The position numbers and the translations under genes are program-made. From Acidimicrobiia bacterium (GTDB lineage: Bacteria > Actinomycetota > Acidimicrobiia > IMCC26256 > PALSA-610), in NCBI GenBank assembly GCA_036501845.1, contig DASXZO010000102.1:16284-80283 (forward strand): a stretch of 64,000 nt of DNA, given 5' to 3'. The stretch's first letter is position 1. Each line of letters opens with the position of its first letter. Of this stretch, positions 16,403 to 24,789 are shown in pieces. The notes beneath the pieces were generated by a model that worked only from the letters and a program-made list of their open reading frames with translations, did no database searches and was not told where the DNA came from.

Positions 16403-16627
16403 GCCGCCCCCTGTTCTGCCCCAACCCTCGGATCCCGGAGGATCCGCGTCCGCACTTCTCGTTGGTGGTCCCAACAGTATCGAGCGCAGGCCGCCCCCGT
16501 CACCACCGTGAGTCCACCCGGACGGGTGGGGTTGACCCGCGCGGCCATGGGTACGTGCGGAGCGAGACGGCCGTCGCGACTGTCGCGACGTATCGCTGCC
16601 GTCGGCCAGCCACCGCGGGAGAGTTCC

Positions 16628-17320
16628 ATGAGCAACGACGACTACGCAGGGTGGATCGGTCGCACCGCCCGCGACAGCATCGGCGAGAAGATCGGCAAGA
16701 TCGACAACATCTACTCCGAAGGCGGAGCTCCCACGTGGGTGACGATCCACACTGGCCTGTTCGGCCACCACGTGACCTTCGCGCCACTCGCCGGATCGCA
16801 GCGCGACGGCCACGATCTCCGGCTCGCCTTCGGGAAGGCGAAGATCAAGGACGCGCCGCGCATCGATCCAGAGTCGGACCTGACTCCCGACGAGGAGACG
16901 CGGCTCCGCGAGCACTACCGCACAGGTACGGCGGAAGCAGGCGCCGACGCCACGGGCGGTGAAGGGGCTTCGATGACCCGGTCCGAGGAGGAGGTGCGCG
17001 TCGACACCGAGCGCGTCGAATCTGGGCGCGCCCGCCTCACGAAGCATGTCGTCACAGAAGAGCAGCAAGTGACCGTTCCGGTCCGTCGCGAAGAGGTGCG
17101 CGTGGAGCGCGAGCCCATCGACGCCGATCACCAGCCGGATGGCGCGCCGGAGATCGGTGAGGACGAGCAGGAGCTGGTGCTGCACGAAGAGCGACCTGTC
17201 GTACGCACCGAGGTCGTGCCCAAGGAGACCGTCCGGCTCTCGAAGGTGGAGAACACCGACGAGCGCGAAGTGGACGCCGAGGTCCGCAAGGAACAAGTCG
17301 ACGTCGACGACGGCTCATAA
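16628..17320 (+). CDS. PRC-barrel plus DUF2382 (YsnF/AvaK-like) stress-response domain protein
   Basis: I trimmed the track ORF 16376..17320 to ATG 16628 (GGGAGA upstream). The N-terminal PRC-barrel-like segment is GEKIGKIDNIYSEGGAPTWVTIHTGLFG. The C-terminal repeats are EEEVRVDTERVESGRARLTKHVVTEEQQVTVPVRREEVRVEREP, typical of DUF2382. Confidence 0.8.
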   Translation: MSNDDYAGWIGRTARDSIGEKIGKIDNIYSEGGAPTWVTIHTGLFGHHVTFAPLAGSQRDGHDLRLAFGKAKIKDAPRIDPESDLTPDEETRLREHYRTGTAEAGADATGGEGASMTRSEEEVRVDTERVESGRARLTKHVVTEEQQVTVPVRREEVRVEREPIDADHQPDGAPEIGEDEQELVLHEERPVVRTEVVPKETVRLSKVENTDEREVDAEVRKEQVDVDDGS

Positions 17321-17423
17321 ACGATCGCGCCGAGCCTGAACCTCGCTAGTGGTGTGTCGCCCAATTGATCGGGCGAGCCGAAGCCGCACAGATCGGATCG
17401 GAGCGGGCTGGAGCTTGAGGGTC

Positions 17424-18239
17424 TCAAGCGCTGTGACGTGTCGCCGTGACGACGACGGTGGAATACGAAACGGTGACATGGCCGCCGAAACGGTCAATGG
17501 CGCTTGCGGTTGCCGAGCGCATCTCCACTAACTGGTGATCGTTGAGCGCGCTCAAGCCGCCAAAGGTCGGTAACTGATCGATCCACTCGTCGCGGCTGTA
17601 TGTGTGTTCCCAGTCGAATCGCCACTCCTCGGGCTCAGCGAACACGGCGGCGTTACGGATGCCGTCGGCGATCGTGTCGAACAGTGGTCGATAGACATCC
17701 AGCGCTGGCTTCGTGAGCATCGCACCGAGATCGACAGCCGACTCAGGCATGACCTGCCGGTACGCGTCGCCCATGGCCTCCGCTATCACGAGAGGTACTT
17801 GAAACACGTGATGAAACGGTGCCAGGCGACCATGAGTACGCAAGACTCGCCCCGCCTTCACCGCGCCAGCGCGCGGATCCACCCAATGCCATGCAGTTCC
17901 AGCAACGACCGCATCGAACGAGCGACCCGCGGCATCCCAGTCCTCGAACCGCGAGACTTCCACCTCGACGCCGCTGCGGCGAGCGAAGTCGGCCATGCGC
18001 GGATCCGGCTCAACACCAACGACCTTGCACCCCGCAGCCTGGAACTGGCGAGCCGCGATGCCCGTGCCACAGCCCACGTCGAGCAGGTCGACGCCCGGGC
18101 TCGCAGACAGAATCCGATTCACCAACGCTTCGGGGTAACGCGGGCGCGTGCGGTCATATCGCTCGGCGTCGACCCCAAACGATTCGGCAACATCTCGGTT
18201 CCTATGAATCGGCTGGCCAGAGCCGGGCATGTCAGACAC
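17424..18239 (-). CDS. class I SAM-dependent methyltransferase
   Basis: SAM motif I is LLDVGCGTGIAARQFQAAGCKVVGVEPD, with post-I and post-II features following. Confidence 0.85.
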   Translation of the reverse strand: MSDMPGSGQPIHRNRDVAESFGVDAERYDRTRPRYPEALVNRILSASPGVDLLDVGCGTGIAARQFQAAGCKVVGVEPDPRMADFARRSGVEVEVSRFEDWDAAGRSFDAVVAGTAWHWVDPRAGAVKAGRVLRTHGRLAPFHHVFQVPLVIAEAMGDAYRQVMPESAVDLGAMLTKPALDVYRPLFDTIADGIRNAAVFAEPEEWRFDWEHTYSRDEWIDQLPTFGGLSALNDHQLVEMRSATASAIDRFGGHVTVSYSTVVVTATRHSA

Positions 18240-18305
18240 CCGCCCGATTGCCCGATCCGCGAGCGTTATCGCCGGCGGACCACCCAGCTTGTGAGCGACA
18301 TTCCA

Positions 18306-18683
18306 TTAGAGCGCGGCCATCACGCCGATGCCGGCGAAGGCAGCGGCGAGACCGATCACGAAGCTGGCTGCGGCATAACGGAGTGCTTGGTCGACGGCAC
18401 CTTCCTCGGCGAGGCGGACCGTCTCGAATGTGAAGGTCGAGAACGTGGTGTAGGTACCCACACCGCCGGTACCGATGATGGTCTTCGTCGTCGGACTCAG
18501 CCCGTGGTACAGCGACAGGCCCGTGAGCAAACCCAGCACGAAGCACCCGCTGATGTTCACGACGAAGGTGCCAAAGGGAAACGGGCCGCTCGTGTGGTCC
18601 TGCACCCAGCCGTCGAGCAGGTAGCGCGCCGGCGCGCCAATCCCTGCAGCCACCAGGAATGCGACCCATGCAGCCGAGCTCAT
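18306..18683 (-). CDS. crcB: fluoride ion channel CrcB (second subunit)
   Basis: 125 aa with four hydrophobic helices. It carries the CrcB signatures FPFGTFVVNISGCFVLG and GGVGTYTTFSTF. I trimmed the 303-aa track ORF; the ATG overlaps the upstream crcB stop (ATGA). Confidence 0.9.
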   Translation of the reverse strand: MSSAAWVAFLVAAGIGAPARYLLDGWVQDHTSGPFPFGTFVVNISGCFVLGLLTGLSLYHGLSPTTKTIIGTGGVGTYTTFSTFTFETVRLAEEGAVDQALRYAAASFVIGLAAAFAGIGVMAAL

Positions 18684-19189
18684 CGCCGCGCACCCAACTG
18701 GCGTGGCGCCAAGCGCGCGGCGACGATGCCGAGATACGCCACTGCGAAACCGGCAACAAGACTGCCGAGGCCGTAGATGATCGCCACACCCACGTGGCGA
18801 TCCTTGAGCAGCAGCGCGGTCTCGACCACGTAGGTACTCATCGTGGTGTACGCGCCGAGCACGCCCGTGGCGAGGAAGGGCCGCACGAGACGCGTCGGAG
18901 GGAAACGCTCGAGGATCAACACGAGAAGCGCGCCGAGCACGAAGCTCCCCGAGATGTTCTCCCAGAATGTTGCCCACGGAAAGCCACCGGCAGCGGTCGG
19001 AATCGCCTGCGACAGTTCGAAGCGCGCCGATGCACCGAGCATCCCGCCGAGCGCGATCGCGGCAATCACGGCCGGCTGCGCGCGACTCGCACCACGGCGA
19101 GGAGCATGGCGTTTCTGTGCAGTCGTCGGCTCGGCGGGATCGGATGGAGCCAGGTCGGGATCGATCGGAATGACGTTGTCGTCGTCCAC
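18680..19189 (-). CDS. crcB: fluoride ion channel CrcB (first subunit, with N-terminal extension)
   Basis: The CrcB signatures FPWATFWENISGSFVLG and GVLGAYTTMSTY are present. A fluoride riboswitch lies directly upstream. Confidence 0.85.
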   Translation of the reverse strand: MDDDNVIPIDPDLAPSDPAEPTTAQKRHAPRRGASRAQPAVIAAIALGGMLGASARFELSQAIPTAAGGFPWATFWENISGSFVLGALLVLILERFPPTRLVRPFLATGVLGAYTTMSTYVVETALLLKDRHVGVAIIYGLGSLVAGFAVAYLGIVAARLAPRQLGARR

Positions 19190-19253
19190 ATCTGCTCCTC
19201 GACCGGCCCCGGCTCACCGAGCGCGCTCAACTACCAACGCATACGTGCGAATT

Positions 19254-19304
19254 GGTAGGAGCCATCAGCCTTGCGGCGGTTCCGGCGAGCCCCATCGCCG
19301 ATCT
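19254..19304 (-). promoter_or_regulatory. fluoride riboswitch (crcB RNA motif)
   Basis: The minus strand reads GAUCGGCGAUGGGGCUCGCCGGAACCGCCGCAAGGCUGAUGGCUCCUACC. This matches the conserved GGCGAUGG...C.CC...CCGCC...GGCUGAUGG/A.CUCCUAC architecture of fluoride riboswitches. It lies 65 nt upstream of the first crcB. Confidence 0.8.
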
Positions 19305-19373
19305 CAAGGTAACAGAACGGCATCGACGGGGCGGACTTGAGTCGGCGCGGGACGCGGACCCGCGCGGATGCCG

Positions 19374-20600
19374 TCAGGCGGCGGCGCTGCGCTTGGTGGC
19401 CTTGAGCAGCGCGGCGTTCGGCTTGTCGGGCAGCTCGGTGAGCGGTGTCGCGAGCTCCTCGATCGTCGGGCCATACTGCGCGGCGAGCGGCGCGAGCGCG
19501 TCGAGGTCGAAGTCGTAGCAACGGGCCGCGTTTCCGGCCAGCACGTCGCGCAACTCCGCTTCGGGCACGTTGTGGAACACCGCGCGCAGTGTCTCGCGTG
19601 TGAACGGCGGCGAACCCTCGTCGTGCGGGTAGTCGCTCCCCCACATGAAGCGATTGGGCGCGAGCACCTTGCGCGCCTCCCAGTCCTCGGGGCCGGGGAA
19701 GCTCGCGCCCGACCAGAGATTCTGCTTCACGTACTCCGAGGCCGAGCGCGCGAGCGCGTTGTCGGCGGTGTACTTGAGCTCGCCGATCTCGCCCTTGCGC
19801 ACGTTGGCGATGATGCCGTCGAGCTGCTTCAACATTGGAGGCAACACCGACACCGACGCTTCGGTCATCACGAACTTGAGTCGCGGGAAACGCTCGAACA
19901 CGCCCGAGAGCAACATGTGCACGAGCGGGCGCAGTCCGTAGAAGCCGACCTCGCTGATCATGATCATCGGTACCGACGCATACTTGCCGTAGTTCGGCGA
20001 GCCCGTGCCGCCGTGCAAGTTCACGGGGATCTCGAGATCCTGCAGCACCGCCCACAACCGGTCGTACTCCGGGTCGTAGAGCGGCTTCACCCACTTCACG
20101 TCGGGCGCGACGGTGGGCAGCAGCGCGCCGCCGCGCAAACCGTTCTCCTTGATCCACGTGACGTCGGCGATCGCGTCGTCGATGTCGTTCAAGAAGAACT
20201 GTCCGACACCGGCGCGTTGCGCGGGCTTGCGCCCGCAGAAGTCGACGAGCCAGCGGTTGTGCGCGTGGATGCCCGCGCGACGGTGCTCGTACTCCTCGGG
20301 CTTGGGCGGGCCGGCGAACAGAACGAAGCCGGGGTAGAACGGCGGCACGGTGTTCGGGAAGATCACCTCGCCCACCACGCCGTCGGCGAGCTGGTCGGCG
20401 TCGCGCCGGTCGTCGTCCCAGTTGCGCACACGCAGGTCGGTGTCGCGCAGGTCCTTCCACGGGTTCTTGTACCTGTTGCGCCACGCGTCGAAGTCGTCGA
20501 CGTACTTCGCCTCGAGGAACTGGCGGTAAGTCTCGTGGTTCGCGCCGGCGTGGCAGTCCGACGAGATCAGGGTGTAGCGGTCCGAGGCTTCGGTCGTCAT
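19374..20600 (-). CDS. amidohydrolase-2 (metal-dependent hydrolase/decarboxylase, ACMSD-like) family protein
   Basis: The family is indicated by an N-terminal SSDCHAG (metal-binding His), VNLHGG and FMWGSDYPHDEG near the C-terminus. The gene is divergent from a TetR gene. Confidence 0.85.
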   Translation of the reverse strand: MTTEASDRYTLISSDCHAGANHETYRQFLEAKYVDDFDAWRNRYKNPWKDLRDTDLRVRNWDDDRRDADQLADGVVGEVIFPNTVPPFYPGFVLFAGPPKPEEYEHRRAGIHAHNRWLVDFCGRKPAQRAGVGQFFLNDIDDAIADVTWIKENGLRGGALLPTVAPDVKWVKPLYDPEYDRLWAVLQDLEIPVNLHGGTGSPNYGKYASVPMIMISEVGFYGLRPLVHMLLSGVFERFPRLKFVMTEASVSVLPPMLKQLDGIIANVRKGEIGELKYTADNALARSASEYVKQNLWSGASFPGPEDWEARKVLAPNRFMWGSDYPHDEGSPPFTRETLRAVFHNVPEAELRDVLAGNAARCYDFDLDALAPLAAQYGPTIEELATPLTELPDKPNAALLKATKRSAAA

Positions 20601-20613
20601 AGTCCTAGACTAT

Positions 20614-20628
20614 AACCAGATTCTGGTT
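20614..20628. promoter_or_regulatory. candidate TetR operator (perfect palindrome AACCAGA-T-TCTGGTT)
   Basis: The palindrome sits in the 41-bp divergent intergenic region between the amidohydrolase and TetR genes. The flanks extend the symmetry imperfectly (CTAGACTAT / CTAGAATC). Confidence 0.55.
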
Positions 20629-20641
20629 CTAGAATCAAGCC

Positions 20642-21241
20642 GTGGTGACCGTCACCGATCCGTCGACGCTGCCTCGTGGCCAGCAGGAGCGGCGGGCCCG
20701 CATCGTGGAAGCCGCCATCGACCTGTTGCGGGGCGGCGAGTACGACGCCATCCAGATGCGCGACATCGCCGACGGCGCCGGTGTGGCCCTGGCCACGATC
20801 TACCGCTACTTCACCTCCAAGGAGCACCTCTACGCGGCCGCGCTCGTCGAATGGTCGGCGGGCTTCCCCACCCTGGGCCGGGCCGGGCGGCCGAGCGGGA
20901 GCACGCCCGAGGATCGCCTCCGGGCGCTGATGCGCCGCGCGGTGCGTGCGTTCGAGCGCTACCCGCAGATGATGCGCGCCGAGATCATGCTCGAGAGCTC
21001 CCACGATGCCAACGCGCACGCGCTGTTCCAGCAGTTCGCATCGCAGAACACCGCGGCGTTACTCGACGCGCTCGACGGCATCGAGCCGTCCGTCGCCGCG
21101 TCGATCATCGATGTGGTGAATGCCGTGTTGGCCACACGCTTGCGGTCGTGGGCGCTCGGCCGTTGCTCAATCCGCGGCGTCGATCGCTCAGTGCAACAAG
21201 CGATCGACCTCGTGTTCGCGCCGCAGCCACCGTCGGCCTGA
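20642..21241 (+). CDS. TetR/AcrR family transcriptional regulator
   Basis: The N-terminal TetR HTH is RRARIVEAAIDLLRGGEYDAIQMRDIADGAGVALATIYRYFTSKEHLY. The start codon is GTG. Confidence 0.9.
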   Translation: MVTVTDPSTLPRGQQERRARIVEAAIDLLRGGEYDAIQMRDIADGAGVALATIYRYFTSKEHLYAAALVEWSAGFPTLGRAGRPSGSTPEDRLRALMRRAVRAFERYPQMMRAEIMLESSHDANAHALFQQFASQNTAALLDALDGIEPSVAASIIDVVNAVLATRLRSWALGRCSIRGVDRSVQQAIDLVFAPQPPSA

Positions 21242-21300
21242 TCGCCGGCGCACGGCTCCATTCGCGCACCCCCCGAATGGGGGATGACAACCACAATCAA

Positions 21301-21328
21301 TTGACACGCTCCGTGGCGCGGGTAAATC
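21301..21328 (+). promoter_or_regulatory. candidate sigma-70-type promoter for the radical SAM gene
   Basis: A TTGACA (21301-21306), a 16-nt spacer and TAAATC (21323-21328) lie in a locally AT-richer patch between the TetR stop and the radical SAM start. This rests on sequence pattern only. Confidence 0.3.
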
Positions 21329-21363
21329 ATGGGGTGATTGCGCGGTGGGATGTGCGTTGGGGA

Positions 21364-22476
21364 ATGGGGCAAGTGGTGAGCGTTACCGGTAGGCCGGCAA
21401 AACTGCTGTCGATGGCGCCGGTCGGCGCGCGGCACCTGGAGTCGTCGATTCGCGATGCGCTCTACGTGGTGTCGCATGGTCGGCTCGACACCACGAAGCC
21501 GCACCGCTTCTACGGGATCTTGAACGACCGCTGCAATCTCCGTTGTCGAAGCTGCCCAGCGTGGCGGCTCGACCAATACCCGGTGGAGCTTCCATCGGCC
21601 GAGTGGATACGTGTGCTCGGCGAGATCCGCGACTACGTCGGGGCCTTCTACATCAACTTCGCCGGCGGCGAACCGCTGCTCAAAGAGGGCCTTTTCGACA
21701 TCCTGAATTACTGCCGCGACAACCAGATACTCGCTGGCATCACCTCGAACGGCGCGATCCTTCGTGACCGCCAAGCAACGCAACTCGTCGATGCTCGGGT
21801 GTTCAGCCTCAACCTCTCGCTCGACGGCGCGACCGCCGCGACCCACGACCACCTACGGGGATCACGCGGTTCGTTCGACCGTGTTCTCCGCACGATCGCA
21901 CTCATGCAGGCGCACGCCGACCGCGAGCACGTCAAGCTTCCGCTCGTCGTCAAAGCCACCGTGAGCCGTCCGAATCTTCACGAGATGACGGACCTTGTGC
22001 GCCTGGCCACCGACGTCGGCGCATCGGGTGTGCTCTTCCAGCCGCTCTCGGACTGGGGCACTCCGGAGCTTCCCGAGATGTGGATCGACGACATGAGCGC
22101 GCTTGACGCGACCGTCGCGACACTCGTCGACATGAAGCGCGCCGGCCACGCGATCTTGAACACCGAGGAAGAGATCCAGGATTGGCCTCGCCACTTCCGC
22201 GGCGAATCCACGGTCGCGAACGACGGCTGGGTGCAGTGCTGGGTGGGGATTACGACGCTGCGCATCGATGCCGACGGTTCCGTATCGCACTGCGGACCGC
22301 TCGACCAGATTGGTCACGTCCGCGACCAGTCGATCGCCGAGATCTGGGAAGGCGAGACCGCGCGCCAACGCCGTCTCGAGTCGACGGTGTGCACACGCGG
22401 CTGTGGCCTGTCGTGCACCAAGCACCGTTCCATCCGCCGCGAGATCACCGGCGCGGTGCACTTCCTGCAGCGTTGA
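21364..22476 (+). CDS. radical SAM enzyme with C-terminal SPASM/twitch-like Cys cluster
   Basis: The radical SAM motif is CNLRCRSC (CxxxCxxC), followed by a GGEPLL glycine-rich SAM motif. The C-terminal cysteines are CWVG...SHCG...CTRGCGLSC. The 5' part of track ORF 20851..22476 overlaps the TetR gene, so I rejected it. The start is uncertain (21277, 21364 or 21373). Confidence 0.8.
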   Translation: MGQVVSVTGRPAKLLSMAPVGARHLESSIRDALYVVSHGRLDTTKPHRFYGILNDRCNLRCRSCPAWRLDQYPVELPSAEWIRVLGEIRDYVGAFYINFAGGEPLLKEGLFDILNYCRDNQILAGITSNGAILRDRQATQLVDARVFSLNLSLDGATAATHDHLRGSRGSFDRVLRTIALMQAHADREHVKLPLVVKATVSRPNLHEMTDLVRLATDVGASGVLFQPLSDWGTPELPEMWIDDMSALDATVATLVDMKRAGHAILNTEEEIQDWPRHFRGESTVANDGWVQCWVGITTLRIDADGSVSHCGPLDQIGHVRDQSIAEIWEGETARQRRLESTVCTRGCGLSCTKHRSIRREITGAVHFLQR

Positions 22477-22493
22477 ACCGCTACACGAGCGGC

Positions 22494-24572
22494 TCAACTC
22501 GAAGTGCCGGCGAGTACACCGTCGACCACTTCCATCAACTCACGTACTTCGAACGGCTTGGTGAGATACGCGGTCGCGCCGGCGGCAAGCAGTCGATCGA
22601 TCTGGCTCTGTGTGGCGTCGGCGCTCACGATCACCACCGGCGTCGACGCGGTCGCCGGGTCATCACGGAGTTGCTGGAGTACCTCGCGACCGGAGATGTC
22701 GGGGAGGTGGAGATCGAGCAGGACCATGACCGGTTCGTGTTGGTGCGCAAGATCGAGGCCGACGCGTCCTTGCATAGCGGGAATGATCTGGATGTCACCT
22801 CGGTGCTTGGTGATGCGCTGCACGAGCTTGAGGTTCGCAAGGTTGTCCTCGATGTAGAGAATGCTGTGCCGCCGGTCCTCACCGCTGGGGGTCGGGTCGC
22901 TCTCCGCAGGGGGCGCGGAGTCGTCCGGGTGGAGACGCTCGTAGCGTTCGACCGGTCCTTCTGCGAAGGGCAGCACCACCGAGAACGTGCTGCCTTCGCC
23001 AACCTCGGTGCGAACACTGATCGTCCCCCCCATCACCTCGACAAGTTTGCGGGACAACGCGAGACCGATGCCGGTTCCCTCGGTCTCGGTTCGCTCCGCG
23101 CCGAGCCGTTCGAACGGCGTGAAGAGCCTCGACACCAAGTCGGGCGAGATACCAAGCCCGGTGTCGGTCACCCCGATACGCACCTGCCCAGGCTCGGGCT
23201 GGTCGCAGGTGAGGGTGATCGTTCCAGCCGGGCGGTTGTATTTCACCGCGTTCGAGAGCAGGTTGATGAGCACTTGCTTGAGGCGCTGGCGGTCGGCGGA
23301 CACATAGTTCTCCGCTTCGCTACCAAGATTCGACACGAACTCGATGCGGCGTTCGGCGGCGAGCGGCGCGATGAGGTCCTGCACTTCGCTCACGACCTCG
23401 CCGACCCGGACGGCCTCGGTCGACAACGCGAGTTCGCCGGTCTCGATGCGCGAGATGTCGAGGACTTCGTTGATGAGCCCGAGAAGGTGCTTGCCACCCT
23501 TGAGGATGTGATCGACCACTTCTTGCTGGTCGTCGTCGATACCTTCGATGTCGAGCACCTGCGCGAACCCGAGGATCGCGTTGAGCGGCGTGCGCAGCTC
23601 GTGACTCATCCTCGACAAGAACTGGCTCTTCGACCGGTTCGCGGCCACTGCGTCCTCGCGAGCGACTTCGAGCTCGGCAAGCGTGCGGCGGAGTGCGACG
23701 GTCCGTTGTTCCACGAGCGCCAGCGCGTAGGCGCGCCTGCGGGCCACGATCAACACTGCCCCACCGGAGATGAGTGCACCGATCAAGCCGCCGAGGAGGA
23801 TGATCCACGGCACGTTCCCGGCCAAGCCGCCGGTCAACGTGGTCTTCGCGCTCGTGATCATCAACCATCGGTCGGCGCCGAAGTCGATCACTCGCGAGTA
23901 CGAACCCCGCGTCGGTGTGAGGCGGCTGGTGGTCGTCAAGATGAGCTGGTCTGGCTGCGCCGTCGGCGTGCGGTAGAGCACGAAGTTGAGTTCGCTGTAC
24001 GCGGAGTCCTTCGGGGTCGCGATCGGCTTGGCCGGCAGGATCGGGGATGCTTCGAAGATGACGAAGCCGTGTGGGCGGCTCAAAGCGACGATCAGGCTGC
24101 TGATGCCCTTCGAGTCGGTCGCACCGCGCGCGGTCACGAGTTGTTGCGTCTTCAGCGCGCGGCTCGCGAGCGCCGCGTCAATACCCGTGAGCTTCTGCCC
24201 CACCGCCACACCCACGCCTTGCGCGCCGTGCACAACGAAGCCATCGCCGGTTTGCTGCGCGACCGCGATCGCGGTCATCGCGCTCCCGCCTCCGCTGCCG
24301 AGCGACGATTTTGCCGCCGCGTTGAACCCCTTATGCGGAGCTTTGCTGCCCGCGTACGTGTCGCCGAGCAGTCGGAGCGACACTTCCGCAGTGTTCAGCG
24401 ACGTCTGCACCGTGCCCGCGATTTCGTTCACGCGTTCGCGAAGCAGGGCATGCTCCTCGGTCGTGTTGGCGTTGCGTGCCGCGGCCCAGCCCGCCACGCT
24501 GAGCCCCGCGAGCACGATCACGACGGCCGGCGCCAGCAGGTGGAGCAGCAGTTTGGAGCGGGCGGTATCCAT
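22494..24572 (-). CDS. hybrid sensor histidine kinase / response regulator
   Basis: From N- to C-terminus: a TM helix, a periplasmic-type sensor region, a second TM helix, HisKA (FLSRMSHELRTPLNAILGF), HATPase_c (GTGIGLALSRKLVEVMGG) and a receiver domain (ILYIEDNLANL...VLLDLHLPDISG...TKP). Confidence 0.9.
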   Translation of the reverse strand: MDTARSKLLLHLLAPAVVIVLAGLSVAGWAAARNANTTEEHALLRERVNEIAGTVQTSLNTAEVSLRLLGDTYAGSKAPHKGFNAAAKSSLGSGGGSAMTAIAVAQQTGDGFVVHGAQGVGVAVGQKLTGIDAALASRALKTQQLVTARGATDSKGISSLIVALSRPHGFVIFEASPILPAKPIATPKDSAYSELNFVLYRTPTAQPDQLILTTTSRLTPTRGSYSRVIDFGADRWLMITSAKTTLTGGLAGNVPWIILLGGLIGALISGGAVLIVARRRAYALALVEQRTVALRRTLAELEVAREDAVAANRSKSQFLSRMSHELRTPLNAILGFAQVLDIEGIDDDQQEVVDHILKGGKHLLGLINEVLDISRIETGELALSTEAVRVGEVVSEVQDLIAPLAAERRIEFVSNLGSEAENYVSADRQRLKQVLINLLSNAVKYNRPAGTITLTCDQPEPGQVRIGVTDTGLGISPDLVSRLFTPFERLGAERTETEGTGIGLALSRKLVEVMGGTISVRTEVGEGSTFSVVLPFAEGPVERYERLHPDDSAPPAESDPTPSGEDRRHSILYIEDNLANLKLVQRITKHRGDIQIIPAMQGRVGLDLAHQHEPVMVLLDLHLPDISGREVLQQLRDDPATASTPVVIVSADATQSQIDRLLAAGATAYLTKPFEVRELMEVVDGVLAGTSS

Positions 24573-24789
24573 GGCGGCTTATCGGCACACTCGATGCAGA
24601 GCGTGATCGTTGTGAAGCTCCAGAGACACAGCGTTTGCACAACGAAGCGCTCGTGCCGCGCGGAGGCTCAGGCGTTGCGACCGACGAGTCGACATCTCAT
24701 ACGGGGAGACCGCGCGTTGCTATTCGGAGTCATCGAGTGAGGCACGGGCCGTGAGCCGCACTACATCAGATCACGTGGAGAAAGCGCCG

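Noticed and set aside
16403-17296. The N-terminal 297 aa of the 951-aa ORF 14441..17296.
   Set aside because: This part is antisense to the well-supported PRC-barrel/DUF2382 gene (16628..17320) and has non-protein-like composition. The esterase has its own RBS, GTG and signal peptide at 16402.
20851-21363. The N-terminal extension of the radical SAM ORF (20851..22476).
   Set aside because: It overlaps the TetR gene in another frame and has Arg/Pro-rich nonsense composition. The radical SAM core starts only after about 21364.
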